DNA of 64,000 bases from a virus, in the IMG/VR virus record IMGVR_UViG_3300045988_133686, positions 32,001 to 96,000 of that record; one strand, written 5' to 3'. The notes beneath the pieces are model-generated. The model had not been told where the DNA came from and did not search any database. It worked only from the letters and a program-made list of their open reading frames with translations. A program made the position numbers and the translations under genes. Positions within the stretch are counted from its first letter, which is position 1. The number at the start of each line of letters is the position of its first letter. This document shows, in pieces, positions 54,258 to 61,067 of the stretch.

Positions 54258-54347
54258 AAAAAATCTCCTTTTGTTTTATAGGCACGGAAATAAACCGCAC
54301 CTGGAGGTGATCGGTACATATTCATTTATCTCACTCCTTGTGTCTGT

Positions 54348-54356
54348 ATTATACCA
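54348..54356 (-). promoter_or_regulatory. extended -10 promoter TGGTATAAT upstream of erf-ssb
   Basis: The minus strand reads CATGTGGTATAATACAGAC. Palindrome copy 2 is centred about 60 nt upstream of the predicted start site. Confidence 0.5.
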
Positions 54357-54389
54357 CATGAGGTTGGCTGTGTGTGGGCATATAAGAAA

Positions 54390-54412
54390 AGATATCCCAA
54401 GTTGGGATATCT
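54390..54412. promoter_or_regulatory. 23-bp perfect palindrome AGATATCCCAAGTTGGGATATCT, copy 2
   Basis: Identical to copy 1. It overlaps the stop of the FNT-like gene. Confidence 0.8.
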
Positions 54413-55013
54413 AAATCAAATAACGATGGACAGTTCTTGCGCCAAGAGTGTTGCCAAGCAGCGCCGCGAAAAAGAACAGCGGTGCGCGCCACCAAGTTAT
54501 ATCCGCTACCGGAACACACAACATATAATAGAAGAAATCGGCAATACTGTGCTCAAATCCGGAGAGAATAAAAGTTGTTACGCAAAAGGTAATGATGAGA
54601 ATCTTGCCAGCCGTATCGGTGGCCGACATCGAAGCTCGAACGGCTGTATACATTAGCACGCCACAGCAATACGCTTGAGAAAAGACGACCACCCACGACT
54701 TTGTGAGTTTTGCTTGGACGAGCGGCAATGCCACGCATGTGATATCCTCATTGGTTGCGTTCACAAGGATAGCACACGCCACCGCTCCGCAGCAGTTTCC
54801 AAGTAGAATCCAAAATACATCTTCCCAATCTTGCTTATGCTCGACAAAGCCAATACTTCCTGTGAAAAGTTTCGCCCCGGTCAATACAATGCTATTAAGG
54901 GCAATAGAAAAGAGCACTGCCGCAAGAATCGGTTGCTCTTTGAAAAGCGTGAGATAAATAGTGCCTCCGATACCAATGAATAGGCCGCCGATCACGCCGC
55001 GCTTAATCATCAT
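54411..55013 (-). CDS. formate/nitrite transporter (FNT) family-like channel protein
   Basis: GFEHSIADF (FNT GFEHSIAN signature) and VLTGAKLFTGS (FNT signature-1-like). Multiple TM segments. Start at ATG 55013 (GGGGAG RBS). 200 aa. Confidence 0.7.
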   Translation of the reverse strand: MMIKRGVIGGLFIGIGGTIYLTLFKEQPILAAVLFSIALNSIVLTGAKLFTGSIGFVEHKQDWEDVFWILLGNCCGAVACAILVNATNEDITCVALPLVQAKLTKSWVVVFSQAYCCGVLMYTAVRASMSATDTAGKILIITFCVTTFILSGFEHSIADFFYYMLCVPVADITWWRAPLFFFAALLGNTLGARTVHRYLI

Positions 55014-55314
55014 AAGACTCCCCACTGACAATCTTTGTAAGCAATTCCCAGTCGCATTTTGAGTTGAGCCATTTAGTGAAGCAAGCGGCACAATCATTGT
55101 TTGTCTTTGACGCGCAGTTAACATCCAAACTCCCAGGCGGACATCCAAAGTTACACAAAAACTCCGCCAGTGCTTCAGGTGTTAGCACAGCTAAGGCATA
55201 GCGGTATGTTTTGTCGGAAGAGTCATACAAAATTCCGTCCTGCCGAAAGGTGTCTACCGCCGCGTTCCAACCATCAATCCAATCCTGTGTATGATATGTC
55301 CTTTTCTCAACCAT
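55003..55314 (-). CDS. hypothetical protein
   Basis: 103 aa. Its start faces the divergent promoter region at 55315-55374. Confidence 0.6.
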   Translation of the reverse strand: MVEKRTYHTQDWIDGWNAAVDTFRQDGILYDSSDKTYRYALAVLTPEALAEFLCNFGCPPGSLDVNCASKTNNDCAACFTKWLNSKCDWELLTKIVSGESYDD

Positions 55315-55328
55315 GATAAGATTCCTCC

Positions 55329-55357
55329 TTGCTTATTTCTGTGCGTAATGTTACTAT
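55329..55357 (+). promoter_or_regulatory. sigma70-like promoter TTGCTT-17-TACTAT containing CGTAATGTTAC
   Basis: TTGCTT at 55329-55334, TACTAT at 55352-55357. The 11-mer at 55344-55354 is identical to the core of the operator at 44277-44287. Confidence 0.5.
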
Positions 55358-55374
55358 TAATGTGAGGTGATATT

Positions 55375-55890
55375 ATGGCAGTATTCGAAATCGGTCAACC
55401 TTCTCCGCTCGGCAATACCATACCAGAAGGTGCAATCTGCGATATCGACGATAGCGGGTTACTCGTCGTGATGAACTTTGGAGTACCAACACTTGACGAA
55501 CGCGCTGCATTTAAGACGGGCGCGCCGTATGAGTTCCGGCTCGTTAGGCTGCGCGGTGTATTATTCCTGCTGGCGCGTCTTGGCTCTATGCCATGGACAG
55601 ATATGCCGTACAGTCCGCATCTCAGTAAATGCTCTGAGTTCCAATTCCCTGCGCCGAACACAGGCTATGCGACGACAACGGTGCTTATTGATAGTCGGTC
55701 GCACATCGTGCGCGGGCTACGATTGATTGGACTTAGCACCTCTTTTTCCGCAAAGTTGTATGAAGAGGTAGTCGCCGATTTGCAGAAGCCATTCGATCAT
55801 GCGGAATACCTGCAAAACATTAACGACGTTTACAACGCATATTCCACAAAAGATATGCTGCGATATAGTTTCGCGGCTTGTAAAGGCTGA
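55375..55890 (+). CDS. hypothetical protein on the opposite strand to its neighbours
   Basis: RBS gaggtga, own promoter and terminator. 171 aa. No motif recognised. Confidence 0.7.
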   Translation: MAVFEIGQPSPLGNTIPEGAICDIDDSGLLVVMNFGVPTLDERAAFKTGAPYEFRLVRLRGVLFLLARLGSMPWTDMPYSPHLSKCSEFQFPAPNTGYATTTVLIDSRSHIVRGLRLIGLSTSFSAKLYEEVVADLQKPFDHAEYLQNINDVYNAYSTKDMLRYSFAACKG

Positions 55891-55916
55891 GGACGGTATT
55901 ACCCGTCCTCTTTTTC
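55889..55916 (+). terminator. rho-independent terminator
   Basis: Stem GAGGACGG/CCGTCCTC followed by TTTTT. Confidence 0.75.
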
Positions 55917-56336
55917 TATAAAAAATTGTCGTATACTTTCCGGTGTGATCTCTGCTTTGCCTTGATGGTACGCATCTATCCACGGTGTTTGGCGCTGTGT
56001 TATTTCGGTTAGCATGGAAGACGAATATGCGCTACACGCATCAACGATGTGTTCAATCCTCCTTTTGTCTGCTGATGAAAACTTATATGATATGTCATTC
56101 CTCGGCGGATAGATAAACGAATTGCCGTAAATATCATACTTCATATACACGCACGGAACCACCGGTCCAAAACTCCACGCTTCGATGCGCTCAAGGAAGC
56201 ACTGTTTTTGCGCGCCAACTAAAAATTCAGCTTGAATATAGTATAGTATTTTTTATAACTTCAAATTTGTTACGATATTGCCTTGCGTGTAAGCATAATA
56301 AATAACATATTCAGCAATTTCTTGTACTTTATACAT
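55899..56336 (-). pseudogene. DUF4065/Panacea (SocA-like antitoxin) domain gene interrupted by an in-frame TAA at 56253-56255
   Basis: The single frame reads MYKVQEIAEYVIYYAYTQGNIVTNLKL*KILYYIQAEFLVGAQKQCFLERIEAWSFGPVVPCVYMKYDIYG... The stop falls where the family has LKLQKLLYY. The listed ORF 55899..56162 is only the distal part. Confidence 0.6.
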
Positions 56337-56342
56337 AACGTT

Positions 56343-56681
56343 TCACATGCAAAGTCGGTCATCCTCGCAAGAATCATTACCGCCTGCCAATTCTTTCAGC
56401 CGCTCCTCCATTCCGTCAAAGCAATGGGTGACATCATTCACAAACTCTGCTTCTGTCTTCCCGTGAAATTTCAAGTTGTAACGCACGAACCGCTGAAACT
56501 CAGGCGTAATATCATCCGGCCACTCTCCCGCACAGGCAACACCAGAGACAATCAAATCATAAGGCTCGTAATGATGAGCTGCGCAATCATCACAACACCA
56601 ATACGACAGGGAACCAAAGGCAGACGGCATAGCAAATACACCCTCCTTTTTCCCGCACACTTCACAGATTTCATTGTCCAA
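56343..56681 (-). CDS. Cys-rich hypothetical protein
   Basis: 112 aa. CEVCG...WCCDDC zinc-binding-like N-terminus. Confidence 0.6.
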   Translation of the reverse strand: MDNEICEVCGKKEGVFAMPSAFGSLSYWCCDDCAAHHYEPYDLIVSGVACAGEWPDDITPEFQRFVRYNLKFHGKTEAEFVNDVTHCFDGMEERLKELAGGNDSCEDDRLCM

Positions 56682-56700
56682 TGTACTAAGACCTCCTCAA

Positions 56701-56946
56701 TTATTTCTTACTGGCATAACTGCAATAATCATCCGCGCACACTTCCATGCTGCCAAGGAGTCGCGTACACCAATGCTTATCGAGCAGTATATCCGGCTTA
56801 TCCCACTTACAATCTTGGCAGGTAGTCGGTAGACGCATAGCTACCTCTCTTAATAGATCCCCCATATCAATAGGAATCTCCCATTCATTCGCATCGCACC
56901 AATCTGCATATTCGGTAAGCTTTGCAATTAACTCTTTATTTGTCAT
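56701..56946 (-). CDS. hypothetical protein
   Basis: 81 aa. CQDCKWDK...WC...CADDYCSY Cys-rich C-terminus. Confidence 0.55.
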   Translation of the reverse strand: MTNKELIAKLTEYADWCDANEWEIPIDMGDLLREVAMRLPTTCQDCKWDKPDILLDKHWCTRLLGSMEVCADDYCSYASKK

Positions 56947-56948
56947 TC

Positions 56949-57128
56949 TTATTTTCCTTCCTGCAAACTTAATTCATAGCATTTTCTACACATTGTTTCT
57001 AGTATTTGAAAATATGTCTTATCTCTAGTAAATTTATTAAAATAAGACTCTACGTCACAGCCACATACTATATATACAGGCTCATTATGCGCTAATACCT
57101 TACCACATTTTGTGCAGATATTTATCAT
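56949..57128 (-). CDS. 59-aa zinc-ribbon protein (below track cutoff), tandem paralog of 57125..57331
   Basis: MINICTKCGKVLAHNEPVYIVCGC...MCRKCYELSLQEGK. ATGA overlap with the upstream stop. DNA similarity is visible (CCTGCAAACTTAATTCATAGCATTTTCTACACATT vs CCTGCATACTTAATTCATAGCATTGTCTACACATT). Confidence 0.55.
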   Translation of the reverse strand: MINICTKCGKVLAHNEPVYIVCGCDVESYFNKFTRDKTYFQILETMCRKCYELSLQEGK

Positions 57129-57331
57129 TCTTTACACGCCTCCTGCATACTTAATTCATAGCATTGTCTACACATTAATCCTAATATCTGAAGATTCGAT
57201 GACGAGCCGCCCATTCCACCTCTAGTAAAATCCTCAGAATGGAAATCTACGACGCGGCCATACGCCATGTATACAGGTTCGTTATGGGCGAATACCTTAC
57301 CACATTTTACGCAAGTATTTGGCATTCTCAT
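57125..57331 (-). CDS. zinc-ribbon protein, tandem paralog
   Basis: MRMPNTCVKCGKVFAHNEPVY...MCRQCYELSMQEACKE. Confidence 0.6.
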   Translation of the reverse strand: MRMPNTCVKCGKVFAHNEPVYMAYGRVVDFHSEDFTRGGMGGSSSNLQILGLMCRQCYELSMQEACKE

Positions 57332-57351
57332 TTTCCTCCTGCATATTTAAT

Positions 57352-57576
57352 TTATAGAATTGTTGGATATCTTATTTCGTATGTTGCGTACGCACCAGTT
57401 TCTTCACACCGAACCTCAATGAACTGCGGCCATTTCTCATATGGGTTATATTGTTTACAAGGTATAATTTTCAAGTTAGCAAAATGACTTTGCTCACACT
57501 CTTCGCAATCACTCTTATCGCTGTATATAGCGCCGCATATCTCACAAACATATTTTGTTTCTACTTTCATCAACAT
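57352..57576 (-). CDS. zinc-ribbon protein
   Basis: RBS aaggag. CEICG...CEECE motif. 74 aa. Confidence 0.6.
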   Translation of the reverse strand: MLMKVETKYVCEICGAIYSDKSDCEECEQSHFANLKIIPCKQYNPYEKWPQFIEVRCEETGAYATYEIRYPTIL

Positions 57577-57649
57577 TCATCTCCTTAATCTCTTTATTAA
57601 CTATTATAGACCAGTACGGCAATAATCTTGGCGCTGAACTCATAAATAT

Positions 57650-58036
57650 TCAAACGTTCCTGACATCTTCCGTCCTGCGCGCCAGCATAATTCGATCATT
57701 GGCGGCCTTGGTCTGCAAGCTGCCATTTTCGTAACGAGCAATGGCATTATCATCCTCTCCAACCATACGAGCAAATGCAACTTGCGAAATGCCGTATTGT
57801 TCACGGATGGCCTTGATTTCTTCTGGCTGCAAAAGCCCGTGGCGACTGCGATATTTTGCATAGGCTTTACGGAGATTGTCATCATCGTATTCTTCGGTCA
57901 TGATTTCCTCACCACAATGCGCGCACGTGCAAACGGTTGCATCAATGGTGAATGGCTCTCCTCTCACAAGATATGTTTCTTCTTTCTGGACAAGAAGCAT
58001 CTCTTGTTCACAGTTACAGACGGGACAATACTTCAT
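57650..58036 (-). CDS. MqsA-like protein: YgiT-type zinc finger plus XRE HTH (regulator/antitoxin family)
   Basis: CPVCNC...CTCAHCGEE zinc finger, then IKAIREQYGISQVAFARMVGEDDNAIARYENG HTH. Confidence 0.72.
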   Translation of the reverse strand: MKYCPVCNCEQEMLLVQKEETYLVRGEPFTIDATVCTCAHCGEEIMTEEYDDDNLRKAYAKYRSRHGLLQPEEIKAIREQYGISQVAFARMVGEDDNAIARYENGSLQTKAANDRIMLARRTEDVRNV

Positions 58037-58197
58037 TTTTTATTCACTATCCTTTTTAAGAGTTCAAGCCAACAATCTCTACATAAATCACCAGTAGTAC
58101 CAGTAGAGAGACTTCCATTTAACTTATAAGTTATAGTGCCATCTTCTCCATAATACATAATTTCCTTTCCACATCTATCGCAGAATGTTTTAATCAT
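58033..58197 (-). CDS. 54-aa zinc-ribbon protein (below track cutoff)
   Basis: MIKTFCDRCGKEI...DLCRDCWLELLKRIVNKK. ATGA overlap with the MqsA-like start. Confidence 0.5.
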   Translation of the reverse strand: MIKTFCDRCGKEIMYYGEDGTITYKLNGSLSTGTTGDLCRDCWLELLKRIVNKK

Positions 58198-58346
58198 AAT
58201 TTCTTCATTTTTCCTCCGCTGATAAAAAACTTATGCAAGGCATCAATTGGTGTACAAAACATTAAGAGTAAACGTAAGCGCTGCCATTCAGTAAACTTAC
58301 AGCCGAGCAGTGTCTCACAACAATCAATATCTCGTTTCGTTATCAA
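58194..58346 (-). CDS. 50-aa hypothetical protein (TTG start; below track cutoff)
   Basis: AGGGGGG plus 9 nt before TTG 58346. ATGA overlap with the next gene. It fills an otherwise empty 168-nt gap. Confidence 0.35.
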   Translation of the reverse strand: MITKRDIDCCETLLGCKFTEWQRLRLLLMFCTPIDALHKFFISGGKMKKL

Positions 58347-58365
58347 TAAATAATACCCCCCTAAT

Positions 58366-58626
58366 TTAAGACTGAACTAAAACCGCAGGTGGAAATTTGT
58401 CAACTACGCTCCAGTCTAGTTCTTGCCCACAATACGGGCATCTTTCTAGCTCGCGCGCCCTCAAATAATATCTATTATCGTAATCTTCATAACCGTCGAA
58501 AAAAAGCCTTCCGCATCTGGGGCATTCGAACGGGTTCCATTTTTCTGCAACAACACACATCGGACGGTTAATATCTTCCAAGGCTTGTGCGTAACCCCGC
58601 TGAAAATCCGATATTGAATCCGTCAT
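58366..58626 (-). CDS. zinc-ribbon protein
   Basis: RBS AGGGAGA before ATG 58626. CPRCG...CPYCG. Confidence 0.6.
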   Translation of the reverse strand: MTDSISDFQRGYAQALEDINRPMCVVAEKWNPFECPRCGRLFFDGYEDYDNRYYLRARELERCPYCGQELDWSVVDKFPPAVLVQS

Positions 58627-58646
58627 ACTTATTCTCCCTATGACCA

Positions 58647-58937
58647 TTATTTCACACCATAACTGCAAAAATCATCTGGATATACGCCTTCATCCCATTG
58701 CGTACACCATAAAACTCCTTCAACATACAGGTTTTCTCGACTATCTTCTCGATTTAACTCACGGCAATTACCACAATCCTTACACCGTGTCACCGCCACT
58801 GCATCAACAGTTGGCGCGGCATCTATCAAGGTGTGCATTAGTCGAATTGCTGTTCCACCCGTTACTGACCAGTCCTCATCAGATATGTTATATGGTTTGA
58901 CGCGGGCGCGCATCAAATCAGCATCAACAAGTCTCAT
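58647..58937 (-). CDS. Cys-rich hypothetical protein
   Basis: 96 aa. CKDCGNC...WC...FCSYG. Confidence 0.58.
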   Translation of the reverse strand: MRLVDADLMRARVKPYNISDEDWSVTGGTAIRLMHTLIDAAPTVDAVAVTRCKDCGNCRELNREDSRENLYVEGVLWCTQWDEGVYPDDFCSYGVK

Positions 58938-58969
58938 TTACCATTCCTACAAAAAGTCTCTTTACGATC

Positions 58970-59350
58970 TTATGGCTTAACATCGACCGTAACAGGGAAT
59001 TCAGTATGAAAATGCAGCTCATAATGGTACGGGTCAGCATGCGTGCCAGTAATATCCTCAACAACATACATCGTGTAATCGTTGAGATAGATGTAATTCT
59101 TCTTGTAGGTACTAGGGCCAGTTTTAACAGTGACAACCAGCTCATTGGTACTATTGTTGGAGATGTCCATGTAACCTTCGGCATATAGAATAACTAGATC
59201 GGTACGGGCATTATATACAGTGATACGCCGCTCAGATTCAAAATATTGCGCCTGTTGAGACAAATTGTAGTTGACCTTATCGGCTTCGGTGCAGCCCGTT
59301 AGCATCATCACAAGGCACACGGCCAACGCCGCAATCAGTTTCTTTTTCAT
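58970..59350 (-). CDS. lipoprotein
   Basis: RBS GGAAGGA before ATG 59350. Signal peptide MKKKLIAALAVCLVMMLTGC with an LTGC lipobox. Confidence 0.75.
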   Translation of the reverse strand: MKKKLIAALAVCLVMMLTGCTEADKVNYNLSQQAQYFESERRITVYNARTDLVILYAEGYMDISNNSTNELVVTVKTGPSTYKKNYIYLNDYTMYVVEDITGTHADPYHYELHFHTEFPVTVDVKP

Positions 59351-59372
59351 GTGTTTTCCTTCCCTACTACTG

Positions 59373-60029
59373 CTATCTGGCATTCAGCTTCACTCCAAAA
59401 ACTTCTTCTGCATTAATATTCCATATCGTAGCAATACTTTTCATCATATCAATGACTTCTGCGCGCTTCTTCCGTTCCTCTGCATTCTCTCTATTTATTA
59501 AGTACGATGCTAAAATTTCAGAATTGAGTTTGCAAAGCGGGCGAACGCCACCGTTGCCGCTATCTGGGTAGCTGCTGTTCAAAGAGCCGTCCGAATCGAC
59601 GTAGCGGATGTAAGAATTTGTCAGACTGTCCGGCGTAGCCGTCCACCACCAACGATCCGGAAGCGCCGGAATGTTGCCGCGCAAAAGGCGGTATTGCTCG
59701 CAAGTGATAAGTCCAATTCTGGTAAAAATGTTTTCACAATTCTTCAAACCATCATCTGCGGTCAAGTCAATGTCAAAATACCTAAACATTTCTTTCGGCG
59801 CGCCCGCCTTAATCAGACGGCGCAAGAATTCGCCGTTCAGATAGACACGAAGGGAAGAAGCGACAAAGTCGTTCTTGTTCCCTTCATCGAAGGCGCGTTC
59901 CTCGACGCAATCGGAAGCAATGCACTTTACCCAATCCTCGCCTGTCTGAATGATCGTCCAGGCGATTCCGCCCATTACAAATTCCTGTTTCAGCTCAAAG
60001 CCGTGTTTATTCTCTGTCATATTAAACAC
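59373..60029 (-). CDS. hypothetical protein with DUF6273-like pattern
   Basis: FVASSLRVYLNGEFL ... WWWTATPDS ... GGVRPLCKL matches the pattern I associate with that domain. Not verified. Confidence 0.5.
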   Translation of the reverse strand: MFNMTENKHGFELKQEFVMGGIAWTIIQTGEDWVKCIASDCVEERAFDEGNKNDFVASSLRVYLNGEFLRRLIKAGAPKEMFRYFDIDLTADDGLKNCENIFTRIGLITCEQYRLLRGNIPALPDRWWWTATPDSLTNSYIRYVDSDGSLNSSYPDSGNGGVRPLCKLNSEILASYLINRENAEERKKRAEVIDMMKSIATIWNINAEEVFGVKLNAR

Positions 60030-60077
60030 CCCTGTTATTTAATATTTCTTACTGCCATCATTTTATCGCAACGATGT

Positions 60078-61067
60078 TTACTTCCAAAACCCAGCCCTAT
60101 CGTTACTAAAATCCGCACCTACAATCCCGCCATGCTTTGCCAACACCCCATCTACCAGCTCAACTGGCACATAACCATATACCGTATCACATGGCCGCTC
60201 TTTATCTTCTGCATAATCTATCAGCTCAAAATCTTCATCACTGGGATAACCGAGTTCGACTTTATCAAAATGATCCGCATCTGCTCTCGGAGAACAGTAA
60301 TGATATTCACCAGCTTGCACCGACACCGTATACCCATCCGTACACTTTACACGTGGGCGAACGACTTGTATGCCATTACAACACTGCTTTCGGTATTTTC
60401 GCAAAAAATCATTGATGTTCATGCTATGCTGCTGCTCCTTTTCTCTCTTCGCATCGCTTTCTTTAAGCATTAGAGGCAATACCGCCTCTGCGTAAGCACA
60501 CGCCGCTATATACTGCGCCTCATAGATCGTGCCGCCATGTACACTCTTGACGCGCGCCTTAAACTCATCCATACCGCTAAACCAGCACCCCGCGCGGACA
60601 AACATTGCTCCATCCTTATCGATGTAAAAGTATGCCGTCCTATGCGCACTGCCGATATTGCCAATTTGCACATACAGACCGTCCAGCACACGCCCGCCCT
60701 CGAACGTTGCACGCACGTCAATACACTTGCCCAGCACGCACCCGTCGCCCAGCTTGCAGCCGTTTCCCAGCACGCACCCGTCGCCCAGCTTGCAGCCGTT
60801 TCCAAGCTCGCACCCGTCGCCCAACTCGCACCCGAAGCCCAGCGCACACCAGTCACCCAGCTTACACCCGTCGCCCAGCTTGCACCAGTTGCCCAGCTTG
60901 CAGCCAACGCTCAATACGCAGCAGTTGCCCAGCGTGCAGCAGTTGCCGAAGATTACCCTGTCCGCCGCACCAAAGTCGATCTCAGTGCAGTCCGTGTATT
61001 CAGGGATTATCAAATAACCATCCTTGCGCTTCAGTGCGTCAAACTCCGCTTGTGTCATCTTACGCAT
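60078..61067 (-). CDS. Cys-containing hexapeptide-repeat (left-handed beta-helix-like) protein with an unknown C-terminal domain
   Basis: RBS GGAGGA before ATG 61067. About 13 consecutive six-residue units of LG(D/N)(G/W)C(K/E/V). Confidence 0.72.
   Translation of the reverse strand: MRKMTQAEFDALKRKDGYLIIPEYTDCTEIDFGAADRVIFGNCCTLGNCCVLSVGCKLGNWCKLGDGCKLGDWCALGFGCELGDGCELGNGCKLGDGCVLGNGCKLGDGCVLGKCIDVRATFEGGRVLDGLYVQIGNIGSAHRTAYFYIDKDGAMFVRAGCWFSGMDEFKARVKSVHGGTIYEAQYIAACAYAEAVLPLMLKESDAKREKEQQHSMNINDFLRKYRKQCCNGIQVVRPRVKCTDGYTVSVQAGEYHYCSPRADADHFDKVELGYPSDEDFELIDYAEDKERPCDTVYGYVPVELVDGVLAKHGGIVGADFSNDRAGFWK
60729..60950. repeat. 18-bp tandem repeat array (about 12 units) encoding the hexapeptide repeats; includes a perfect 36-bp duplication
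   Basis: The plus strand reads GCCCAGCACGCACCCGTC GCCCAGCTTGCAGCCGTT TCCCAGCACGCACCCGTC GCCCAGCTTGCAGCCGTT, and so on. The array generates spurious long ORFs in several frames. Confidence 0.85.

Noticed and set aside
55899-56336. Genome-wide stop-codon reassignment (TAA or TGA read as sense) to explain the interrupted DUF4065 gene and the post-TGA open frame at 44.9-45.07 kb
   Set aside because: TAA, TGA and TAG all terminate many genes here at sensible positions, directly before the next RBS or in ATGA/TAATG overlaps. The phage Gln tRNA has anticodon UUG, not UUA. Only these two isolated cases exist.
57355-57375. A fourth copy of the 23-bp palindrome
   Set aside because: Only one degenerate half-site (GTTGGATATCT) is present, with no inverted partner. 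It is mentioned as a possible relic only.
59694-60473. 259-aa plus-strand ORF, and similarly 40513-41205 (+), 3357-3971 (-) and 26723-27292 (-)
   Set aside because: Each is antisense to genes with clear family motifs or strong RBSs, and each lacks its own RBS. They are treated as shadow ORFs.
60729-60950. Possible CRISPR array, because of the regular short repeats
   Set aside because: The units are contiguous 18-mers with no spacers. They lie inside a coding frame and encode a hexapeptide repeat. No cas genes are present.
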